Shown in pieces: positions 52,865-64,000 of a stretch of 64,000 nt of DNA. The notes under the pieces were generated by a model. It was not told where the DNA came from and did not search any database. It saw only the letters and a list, made by a program, of their open reading frames with translations. Position numbers and translations under genes: made by a program. How positions within the stretch are numbered: position 1 is the stretch's first letter; every line of letters starts with the position of its first letter. This DNA is from Octopus sinensis (lineage: Eukaryota), in contig NC_043007.1 of assembly GCF_006345805.1 (NCBI RefSeq), forward strand, positions 66,898,001-66,962,000. Reading direction: 5' to 3'.

Positions 52865-55092
52865 CTGAAAATAGAGATAAAAGAGATGTATGATTTTGTG
52901 TTTACATATGAATGTGTGTAAGTACGCACACACACACACACACATACATACACAAGCACATATGTAAATACACATATAAACTCATGCACGCACATATGTA
53001 ACTACATATATAACTACATGAGTGGATGTGTATGCATGCATACATATATGCACACATACACACGCACACACAACCATACACAAATATATATAGGGTGCCT
53101 ATAAATTACCTTTACAATTTGAAAAACGAAATATAATTCAGCAGAGTTTATTGAAAAATATAGGCAAACAAAATAAGTTTTATTGGAAACATCAGAACAC
53201 TTCCATATGGGTCCTATTAGCTGCACATAAACTGCTGAAATATGCTTTTATTTTTTTCATGAATTTTTTAAATTGTAAAGACAGACACACACAAATATAT
53301 AAACATATACCATAAAAACCCATGTAATTTATGCAATTTTTTTTTTTTTGCAAAAATAAAAATGAACTTTATGGGTACATAAATTACATGAGTAATCATT
53401 TCCAGAATTTTTTTGGAAATTTTTTTTGTTGAAAAAAGACGTATAACATGTAAACATTCGTACCGGAAGTTGACTCATTTAATGTCAGAATAGATGTCTA
53501 CAGAAAAAATAATGGTTTAAATATAATGAAGTTGACTTTATTTATGCTGGACAGTATAATGCTTACTTTTTCTGTATAAATTTACTAAAACCATTAAATG
53601 GTTAACTACTTTTTGAAGTCTGACATTCATGCTGGTAAACACGGTCTGGGCCATATTTTACACTGCTTGGAGTTTCTACCTATCACAATGAAGCACCATT
53701 GACATGCATAGTGATATGGATATTCCTGACTGAAAAAAAATGTAATGATATGGGTAATCTTGATCGTATAGTTTAATTTTTGTCTGTTTATTACTAGGCA
53801 TTGTTTTGAATTTGTTGTACTGCTTACACCAATTTCAAACAATGGCTTCATTAACATTAAAATACTATTGTCATGTTCAAATGCATATTCAACATATTTA
53901 ATTTCTCCTTTGCAGTGAACAATTCATAAGTTCTGCCCATACTGACAATAATAATAATGACAAATTTTTATGTTTGCTTGACATTTTATAAGTGTGAAAG
54001 GGATTAGAATTTTGATACTCCGTATCAAAAGTTCTGACAAGAATAGGCGGAAAAGAATTCTGTTTACATAATCAGTTTGACCAGTCACCTTCTTCTGTCG
54101 GTTGAGTAAAGTGTCATCCAAGCTGATATTTATTGGTAATTAAACTTAATTTGCAACACCTATGTGTATTTATCAGCTTTGTTTTTGTTGGTAATTCTTA
54201 TCAACTACTTTTGTAGAAATCATGATTTGAGAAGACATACAGCAGTATACTAAAGATCAGACAAGAAATGCAAAATAAACTTTATTATAAACAACACAAA
54301 CACTTTGTAATTTAATAGCTTTCAATGTGATATCTGTTAAACAGAAATTATTTTTAGTTAATGAAAATTTAATAAAATCTAATAAACGAAATTATGCTAA
54401 ATACAACTAAATCAAAAACCTTTTTCCCATGGCTATATCAGCAATTCTGAAAACTTTTGGGTGCAAATTTTACACAAGTAGAAGCTTATTTTTTAACAAA
54501 TTTTATCCTGAAAATCACCTGCATAAATTACACAGGTGCACAAATTACATGTTTTTTTTATGGTATATATATATATAACTTTAATGTAAAATATATGAAT
54601 TACTATACTCCAGTGGTAATCACAAAAAAATGCTCCTTTAGTGGACCCAGCTACATACCACATACACTAAAATAAATTATTTTTGCATGATGTTGTTGGC
54701 TGTGAAATGACCATCATCCTATGGATATCGACTGGTGAAATAAATATAGTCATCTCATACCTCCTGACTTTACAAGGAGTTTTTGTCAAGATGACTCAAA
54801 CTAATGGGCATGCCCTCTGAGTTCTCGAATTGGTATAACACTAAAATTCTGGTTCGAACTGCAGTTGAAGATGTGATTTTGTGACTGCCCTTTCTAAAGC
54901 AAGCTAGGAGTGGCTTCCCTTTGAGCCAGCTGGTATAGATTAAAGCAGAAAAGAAAGGGGCAAACTGTTTAGCAACACTTGACAAGGACATTTAATTTAG
55001 TTATACTATAAAACTAAGCCTTTTATAATAAAGATGAATTAAATGTCCTTGTCAAGTCTTGCCAAACTGTTTGCCCTTTCTTTCTTGCTTTA

Positions 55093-55179
<87 letters not shown>

Positions 55180-55585
55180 CACGTATACACGCTCACACAC
55201 ACACACAAATATACATTATTGTAGGTATTGGAGAATTCAATATGTGACAGTGACCAACAGTTTCAAGCTGGGTGAGAATCTTCAGACAGTTCAAAGAATC
55301 TCATCCACTGGATACTGGAATTTTCCTCTATCCACAATAAAATCATTACTTTACAAAAAAAAAACCCCAAAACCGCTGTATTTTCAATTTCTTTGAAGTA
55401 GTCAAACCAAGTGTCATGTATTTATGTACATATAGAATGTATACATGCATCTGTGTGTGTGTGTGGCTGAATGTGTACACATGTATGTACGTCTGTGCAT
55501 ACAAGATATATGTATCTATGAATGTGTATGTATTCTTTATCCTTTTACTTGTTTCAGTCTTTAGACTGCAGCCAGGGCACCATCT

Positions 55586-55807
55586 TTAACCCTTTCAATA
55601 CCAACCTGGCTGAAACCAGCTCTGGCTCTGAGTACACATCTCTTGTTTTCAGAAGTTTTGAATTAAAATCTTCCACCAAACCTTAGTCACAATTTGTGTT
55701 CCTAACACCAGCTTAATGATAACTAAGTTATTTTACTAAATTCTTTGTTATATTTAAAGTAATTGAAAGAAACACAGAGCATCTCAAAATAAATATAGTA
55801 ACGAAAG
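55586..55807. mobile_element. Second TTAA-type MITE family inserted in an S1 3' half
   Basis: Starts TTAAccctttc and ends gtaacgaaag. The S1 sequence resumes on both sides. Confidence 0.6.
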
Positions 55808-56659
55808 AACTAAGGGTCTTAGTCAAACAAATTGCCTCCCTCCCCCAGTACTTACTTTTTAAGCCTGATACTTAATTTATTGATTCCCTTTTGCTGAACC
55901 ACAAAGTTATGGGCACGTAAACAAACCAACACCGGAGATGCGGAGACAAGCAAAGACACACACACATAGACAAACAGACAGATACATACATACATACAGT
56001 TACTCTATCCACATTACAAGTTCAGGTTTATACCTGCAATTATTGGGGCCCTGAGAAATGTAGCACAGTGTCTAAATACCAATCTTGAGAAATTAGGCTT
56101 CTCAAAACCAGACAAGAGAAAGCTGATTCAAAGACTACAGATCCAATCCATCACTGGGAACTATAAAAATCTGTAAAACTTTCCAGTTTATCATTTAAAT
56201 ATATATGAGTATGTCTATACAAGCAATTATATGCATGAGAAGACATACATAAAACAAAGCATACAAATCTGCACATATACATACATACAAACAAAAATAC
56301 ATGTTGATGTTGAAATTCCAATGAAGGAGCATTGGGTCTAGGTTAGAAACTGGCCCTTTCTCTATTGGCAAGAAATCTCAAAAAACAGAACAATGACAGA
56401 CAGACAGACATACATATATACATGCATACATACATAGTTATACCAATATATATGCATTTAGTATATGCATATGTGTATCTTTTATCTTTCCCTTGTTTCA
56501 CTCATTAGACTGTGGCCATGCAGGGGCACCACCTTCAAAAAATTTTAGTTGAATGAATCGACCCCAGGACCCCAGGAAAAAGTAACCACAAGGCTTCATG
56601 TTGTTATATATGCATAATTCTTCATCTGTTGTATTTATATATTGACTTGTTTGTTTCTT

Positions 56660-57078
56660 ATTTCTTTATTGCCCACAGGGGGCCAAACACAGAGGGGACA
56701 AACAAAGACAGACAAAGGGATTAAGTCGATTACATAGACCCCAGTGCATAACTGGTACTAAATTTATCGACCCCCCAAAAGGATGAAAGGCATAGTCGAC
56801 CGCAACAGAATTTGAACTCAGAACGTAACAGCAGACGAAATACTTATTTCTTTACTAGCCACAAGGGGCTAAATACAGAGAGGACAAACAAGGACAGACA
56901 AACAGATTAAGTCGATTACATCGACCCCAGTGCATAACTGGTACTTATTTAATCGACCCCGAAAGGATGAAAGGCAAAGTCAACCTCGGCGGAATTTGAA
57001 CTCAGAACGTAACGGCAGACGAAATACCACTAAACATTTCACCTGGTGTGCCAATGTTTCTGCCAGCTCTACGCCCTA
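56660..57078 (-). mobile_element. Head-to-tail dimeric S2-related SINE
   Basis: Same two-unit structure and junction as 37654-38073. Confidence 0.85.
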
Positions 57079-57310
57079 AACTTGTTTGTTTCTGCTTCTA
57101 CAATAGGCACAAGGACTGAAATTTCGGGAGTAGAAGCTAGTCCTTTGTATCTACATTGACCCCAGTACTCAACTGGTACTTATGTTATCAACTCCAAAGG
57201 GATGAAAGGAAAAATTGACATGCATGGAATTTAAACTCAGAGCATAAAGACGGACGAAATGCTGCTAAGCATTTTGCCCAGCATGCTAATGATTTGGCCA
57301 GCTCAATGCC

Positions 57311-57353
<43 letters not shown>

Positions 57354-57376
57354 TAATAATAATAACAACAACAACA

Positions 57377-57930
57377 TGCCCTGATGCAGTACCAGTCAGT
57401 GGCTCTTGTGGTTTCTGATCTTAACTGATTGGAAGTGCTATCATGTACATTGTTTTGTCTTGGTATAAAAGATGAGATACAGCAAATATTCTGCTCAATA
57501 CCAAAGATTTGCTTGTCAGTTGTTTGACCTTAACCAGTTGAGCATGTCCTTTGGTGGCTGACAATATGTGCATCTCTGATCACAAGCAGAAGTAGTGGGG
57601 GAGCATCATGTGTTGAGAGGGATTCTATGGGGTTTGAATAATTCACCTCTAGAAACATGGGTGTTTTATTCAACATCCTTAAACAACCCTTATTCAGGGA
57701 CCTTTTGAGCGGGATGGGTTTCTCAACCAGAAGAAAATTCTAACTGGGCTCTACCTGCAAGGTCATGTGCTGTTTATCTCAATATGAAATCACCATGTCA
57801 CGCACATACAGTTGTGTTGCATGTGCCTGGTGTATCTTTATCAGACGGGTAGTCATGACGGGTATACTGGGCTTCGTGTATTTTACACCAGTGTCACTTT
57901 GATGGCATTAACTGCTCTCTCACTCAATAA
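57377..57930. mobile_element. Unclassified ~550 bp interspersed repeat flanked by (AAT)n/(AAC)n
   Basis: Homologous to 445-928 and embedded in an AAT microsatellite on both sides. Confidence 0.75.
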
Positions 57931-58146
57931 TAATAATAGTAATAATAATAATCCTGTCTACTAAAGGCACAAGGCCTGAAATTTGAGGGGAGGAGATTAG
58001 TGGATAATATCAATCCCGGCGTTTCAACCCTGAAAGGATGAAAGGCAAAGTTAACCTCAGTGGAATTTGATCTAAGAACATAAAGATGGAAGAAATGCTG
58101 CGAAGCATTTTGCCCAGATTGCTAAAAATTTGGCCAGCTTGATGCC

Positions 58147-58178
<32 letters not shown>

Positions 58179-58370
58179 GAACTGTAAAGTGAAAAGAAGT
58201 CAAAACCAGCCAAAGAATAGTATATGAAGAAAATAGTATATAAAAATGGAAAAGTAAAAAAAAAAGTGACAGCATGACAATTGAGGTATGATGTCAGCAT
58301 CAAATACATACATGTGTATACATACACACACACATATGCAATACATCATACATATTTCTTACACTATGAC

Positions 58371-58472
58371 AGGAGGAGTGATGACAGTGACTCCAAAGTT
58401 TTAGTCAGCTTGCCTTCATCAGACCATCTGATGAAGGTGAGCTAAAACTTTGAAGTTATTGTCACTTCTCTT
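58371..58472. repeat. ~100 nt hairpin, about 45 paired positions and a 3 nt loop
   Basis: tgacagtgactccaaagttttag...ccttcatcaga-cca-tctgatgaagg...ctaaaactttgaagttattgtca. Confidence 0.85.
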
Positions 58473-58835
58473 GAAAAAGTATAATAAATATATATTCTAC
58501 AAAAAAATATCAACTAATTCTTCAGGTTTAATACGAAATCATCTTAATTACAACTCAATATAAAAATAAATGTTAACACATACATGTATGCATGCATGCA
58601 TACATACATACATATATATATACTTGCATACATACATATGCATACATGCATGGATACTTGCATACATACACATACATACACAACACTGACCAACACATCA
58701 TATTCAATTTTATAGGTGCAAACATGGTCTTGTGATTAAAAGTTTGCTTCCCTGCTACATGTTCTGGTTTCAGTCTCACTGCATGGCATCTTTGGTAAGT
58801 GTCTTGTGAGTGAATTTGGCAAATGGAAACTGTAG

Positions 58836-58891
<56 letters not shown>

Positions 58892-59369
58892 TTTGTGTTT
58901 GTCCCCTACTACCACTTGACAATTAGTGTTGGGTTGCTTATGTGTGTAACTTAACAGTTCAACAAAGGAAATCAATAGAACAGGTACCAGGGTTTAAAAA
59001 ATATAAACACTCTGGTCAGTCTGTTCAACTAAACCCTTGAAAGCGGTGCTCCAGCAGGTCCACAGTCTAATCTCTGAAACAAGTAAAAGGTAAACCATCA
59101 AAGAAATTGTAATTTCTCAGCGTTCCAGGTATGTTCCTACAAATCTGCAGCGCTAAGCTAAACAGTGCTATTTGGGGGTCATTAGAGAGATTATAGATAC
59201 ATTTAAAAGATGTTTCTCATTCATTCATCATTTGTCATCGAAGAATGTAGCCTTGCTCCAGAGAAATTGGTATTTTCAGGTGTGTGTATGTGTGAGGATT
59301 CTGCAATTCTTTATTTGTCAGATGTGTGTGTGTGTGTGTGTGTGTGTGGATTCTGCAAGTTTTTAGGAC

Positions 59370-59690
59370 ACTGAACCTTTCGGAGGAGATGACAAAGGAC
59401 CAAGACACCTGGCACATTGCTGTACTCAAGAAGACCTGTCCTCCACAGCAGAAGTGTTAAGGCCACTCCCCCTGGAGAAGAGGATTGACCCGCAATACTC
59501 TGTACTGGTAACATGTAAAAAGCACCCAGCACACACTGTAAAGTGATTGGCAGTAAGAAGGGCATCTGGATGTAGAAACCAGGCCAAATCAGATTGGAAC
59601 CAGGTGCAGCTCTCCTGTTTTCCAGCTCTAGTCAAACCATGTAACTCATGCCAGCATGGAAAACAGGCATTAAAGAATGATGATGATAAT
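59370..59690 (+). mobile_element. RTE-type LINE 3' end with (GAT)n tail
   Basis: ggcatctggatgtagaaacc...catgccagcatggaaaacaggcattaaagaatgatgatgat. Related to 62008-62555 (-). Confidence 0.6.
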
Positions 59691-60059
59691 GCCTATCTGA
59701 GTAGCAACCAGTGAAGTTGTTTACATTTTCTTATTTACAAATGTTCATTAATAGAGGACCAGCAGAAAGGAAAAGAGTTATTTGTAACTGAAGTGGAAGT
59801 TGGTGACAGGAAAAGCATCAAACCATTGAAAATCTGCTTCAAAGAATTTCCTTTAACTATGCTAGCATGAAGAAGAAAAAAAAACCCAGACATAAATTGA
59901 TGATGATAATGATGATATCTTTACATGAAAGTCCAACAGACAGATATAGAGTTATGAGTATGTATGTGTAAAGATAACAAATATTCTGTGCCTCCATACT
60001 TTCACTCAGCCAACCTGCACATGCAAATATACACACAGCTGCTGCAGACAGAGTCTCAC

Positions 60060-60136
60060 CTGCTGACCCATCTACTCCTTCTGTCAGTTTACATCCATGT
60101 ATAGGCTCAAGAAAATAAGTTTTTAAAAATTCAAAG
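60060..60136 (-). CDS. Candidate penultimate exon: FEFLKTYFLEPIHGCKLTEGVDGSA(G)
   Basis: Donor GCAG|GTGAGA and acceptor ttcattcatttaaatcAG. 77 nt, open, ending in phase 1, which matches the phase of the terminal exon. Confidence 0.45.
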
Positions 60137-61051
60137 CTGATTTAAATGAATGAATGAATGAACGAAAGAAATAACAAAAAATGAATGAATGAACAAAAGA
60201 AAGAATGAACAAACAAGTGAACAGAGGGAGAGAGAGCGAGAGGAAAGGGAAGGAAAGGAAGGAGAATAAGCAAGTGAGTGAAGAAGGAAGAGAAAGAAAG
60301 ACATTTCAATGAATCTTCCATCAGTTTCAACATTAAGAATCCAGTTGTCCCATCAACTAAACTGCATACTAATTAATTCAGTACTTACTAATTAATTCAG
60401 TTGTTCTATCAACTGAACTAACATACTAATTAAACTAACATTAAATAAAGCTGAGCTTTAAGATACAACTACCTTTCTTCCATGAAATAGTTTTCCACAT
60501 ATCTCTCATTTGCCTAATTTCACTCACAAGTGTTAGATCCAAATGAGAGGCTATGGTAAAAGATGAAAAAAAATAAAGACAAAAACTTGTTAAGATGCCA
60601 TGCAATGGGTTGAACTCAGAATCTCATGATTGCAATACAAACCTTTTAAACCCCACCACCATCTCTCCTTCCAACCATCCATCTGTTAGTCTATCCATCC
60701 TTCTATACATACATATTGACAGAGTGACAGTGAGGTAGTGACAGTGCAACACAGAAACGTATGCAACAGATGAGAGACAGTTACATATAGTGAAAGAGAG
60801 AAATGGAGTGATAGAGTTACAGAGAAAGAGAGACAGACATAAATATGGGGATGAGGAAGATGGGAAGAAGAAGATGTCAATAAGAACTAATAAAAAGGAA
60901 GGCCAGTTTAACTAATAGTTAGAGAGTCACACACACTGAGCGACAGAAGAAATTTAGAAGAAACACTGGGTAACAGAAGAAAAATAGTAGACAATGTTAA
61001 CCCTCAAATAGTAGATGTCATCAATTGATATTTCAAAAATTTTACATACAT

Positions 61052-61405
61052 AGGCGTAGGAGTGGCTGTGTGATAAGTAGCTTGCTTACGAACCACATGG
61101 TTCCGAGTTCAGTCCCACTGCGTGGTGACTTGGGCAAGTGTCTTCCACTATAGCCTCAGGTAGATGGAAACTGAAAGAAGCCAGTAGTGTGTATATATGT
61201 ATGCTTGTGTGTCTGTGTTTGTCTCCCCAACATTGCTTGACAACCGATGCTGGTGTGTTTACTTCCCCACAACTTAGCAGTTCAGCAAAAGAGACCAACA
61301 GAATAAGTACTAGGCTTACAAAGAATAAGTCCTGGGGTCGATTTGCTCGACTAAAGGTGGTGCTCCAGCATGGCCACAATCAAATGACTGAAACAAGTAA
61401 AAAGA
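61052..61405 (+). mobile_element. S1 SINE with a small internal deletion
   Basis: Matches the S1 consensus but lacks the gaccaaagccttgtgagtggattt segment. Confidence 0.9.
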
Positions 61406-62007
61406 AAGAGAGAGATATATAGCTATCCTCTAAGGAAAGCGAATATTTTACAGGAGTTTTCAATGATGAGATTGCAAACTTAATTGTACAAGAGACTAAC
61501 AATTATTATAGTTTTTGTTCTTATTTAAAGTGAAAATAAGTATAAAATTTACCCTTAAGAAAAAGAGATTTCTTTTTTGTCTTTATGCTTGTTTAGCACA
61601 CATTCATGCAGCTCTCACCATGTATTCAAATCTTAACCTTTTAGCATTCAAACCAGCCATATCCAACCCAAATATTCTACCTGCTTTATGTTCAAACCAG
61701 CTAGATCTGGTTACTCACACCTACTCTCCAATATCAGTCTAAATATATACAATCATAACTTCAAACCCTTAAAGTTACGAAATAATGCATAATTCAAAGC
61801 AATGTGAATAAATAAGCATAACATTTGATAGAATAATTTGGACACCAAAGGGTTAAATATCAATACATAGACAGAAGAGAAAGACAATGCTAGATACATA
61901 TAAAGATGCATAGACAGGAGAGAGACAAAATGACAGAAAGGAAGTGAGAGATAAACAGGCAGTAGTAATAAAGACAAAGAGATGTCAATAAAAAACAGAG
62001 AGGATAA

Positions 62008-62555
62008 CATCATCATCCTCATCATCATCATTTAATGTCCGCTTTCCATGCTAGCATGGGTTGGACGATCTGACTGAGGACTGGTGAACCAGATGGCTGC
62101 ACCAGGCTCCAATCTTGATCTGGCAGAGTTTCTACAGCTGGATGCCCTTCCTAAAGCCAACCACTCCGAGAATGTAGCACATGCTTTTGCATGCCACCAG
62201 CACATGGGCCAGTCAGATGGTACTGGCAATGGCCACGCTCAAATTGTGTTTTTTACATGCCACCTGCATAAGAGACAGTCCAGTGGCACTGGCAACGACC
62301 TTGCTTTTTACATGTCACCGGCATGGAAGCCAGTCTGGCAACGATCATACTTGGATGGTACTCTTAGCGCTCCACTAGCACACGGATGCCAGTCATCAAA
62401 TTTGATTTTGATTTCACTTGCCCCTTAACAGGTCTTTGCAAGCAGAGTTTAGTGTCCAATGAAAAAAAGGTATGCATAAGTGGGCTGGATACACCCCTGG
62501 CATAGGCCACGAGGTTATGGTCTCATTTGGCTTGCCGGGTCTTCTCAACCACAGC
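62008..62555 (-). mobile_element. RTE-related non-autonomous element 3' region with (CAT)n tail
   Basis: catcatcatttaatgtccgctttccatgctagcatgggttgg...ctggatgcccttcct. Confidence 0.65.
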
Positions 62556-64000
62556 ATATTCATACACACACACACACACACACTGAACTAGACATACAAA
62601 ACTTGTCTAAAATATAAGCTTAACCCTTTAGCATTTAAACTGGTCATAACCAGCCTGAATATTAGATCTGCTTTATGTTCAAACTGCCTTTTACACCTAC
62701 CCTACAATGTCACTTAAAAATATCATATCATCGAAATCCCAAATGGACAAGATATTCTTTTATTCTTTTACTTGTTTCAGTCATTTGACTGCAGCCATGC
62801 TGGAGCATCACTTTCAGATGAACAATTCGACTCCAGGACTTATTCTTCTTTGTAAGCCTAGTACTTATTCTATCAGGCCTTTTTGCAGAACTACTAAGTT
62901 ACAGGGACGTAAACACACCAACATTTGTTGTCAAGCAATGGTGGGGGGTCAAACACAGACACACATGCACACACACACACACACATAGATACGACGAGCT
63001 TATTATTATTATCATTATGAAGAAGGTGGTAAGCTAGCAGAATCATTAGCACACCAGGTGAAATGCTTAGTATTTTGTCTGCCACTATGTTCTGAGTTCA
63101 AATTCCACCAAGTTCAAACTTTGCCTTTCATCCTTTCGGAGTCAATAAATTAAGTACCAGTTGAGTACTGGTGTCAATGTAATCGACTATCCCCCTCCCC
63201 TAAATTTCAGGCCTTGTGCCTATAGTAGAAAGGATTATTATTATTATTACTATTATTATTATTATTATTATTATCATTGAGATCATATGGATAATATGGA
63301 ATTAATGGTAAACTTATAGGCTTATTTCTGAAAACTTTATCCAAAAAACCTGAAAGCATGGCCTATGTAGTGTCTATATGAAAAGCTAGTCACACATCTG
63401 CTAATAATTGAAGAGTGAAAGAAATTGCAATACAATCATTACTTAATGCACTTTATATATACACTTTATATACTTTATGCACAATTTTATAGATTTAATA
63501 CACAGCACTCTCCCTTTTTCTCTCTCACTCTTCATCTTACCCTCCTTTTCTTTTGCTCTTCATCTTTCCCCGTCAACTAATCACATGAAAGTGTTACAGA
63601 CAGGCTAAGTAACGGAGAAAAAAAACTTAGTTAAAAAAAAAAGTGTACACATTTCACTCACCACCATCTCTCCTCCCTTCTCCCTATTTCCTCTCCCCTA
63701 CCCATCTCTCCTCTGATGATGACTGAATTTGCCATTTCAGTTTTGGTATGAAACTAGTTGGTAACAAAGTAAACTAACTTGCATGAGACTATAATACAAT
63801 TTAAGTAATGCTTGTGGGGGGGGGTGTTAGATGGTTATACAGTCAAGGTTAACTCCAAATAAGAACTAACTTGGTTTATTACAATTGGTTCTAGCCAACA
63901 AAAGTAGACATATGACGATGATGATATAAATATCTTTCTGTCACCAATCTTCACCTGGTTCCTAGTAAGGGTAATGATAGCTATGAGCTAACGTGTTTTC

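Noticed and set aside
54761-54930. Minus-strand exon between a cag acceptor and GAG|GTATGA donor
   Set aside because: All three frames contain stops shortly before the donor, so it cannot be a coding exon of the neighbouring gene.
4263-62988. Most ORFs in the track (YIYI, CVCV, HTHT, ERER, poly-T/V/H)
   Set aside because: They are translations of microsatellites or SINEs with no domain content.

Overview
AT-rich, repeat-saturated eukaryotic DNA. The SINE, MITE and microsatellite content points to an octopus (coleoid cephalopod) genome; this is inferred from repeat families, not a database match. Almost all ORFs in the track are microsatellite read-throughs. Transposon remnants I can support: a Ty3/Gypsy integrase (2.6-3.6 kb), two mariner transposase pseudogenes (10.75-11.96 and 29.6-30.2 kb), an R4/NeSL-type RT (31.8-32.9 kb), an internally deleted L1/Tx1 element (42.0-43.6 kb), a Penelope-like RT-end/GIY-YIG fragment (49.8-50.9 kb), RTE fragments, a chimeric Helitron, several MITEs and about 35 tRNA-derived SINE copies. 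The only well-supported host coding sequence is the 3' end of an unidentified minus-strand gene (exons 60060-60136 and 52725-52864). Most notable: (1) a ~310 bp element joining a Pol III tRNA-like head, an (AAT)n tract and a type I hammerhead ribozyme, plus two more hammerheads elsewhere; (2) a 445 bp inverted copy of a promoter-like segment flanked by an 18 bp direct repeat with junction microhomology; (3) a palindromic element whose hairpin core is amplified into an 8 x 87 bp array.
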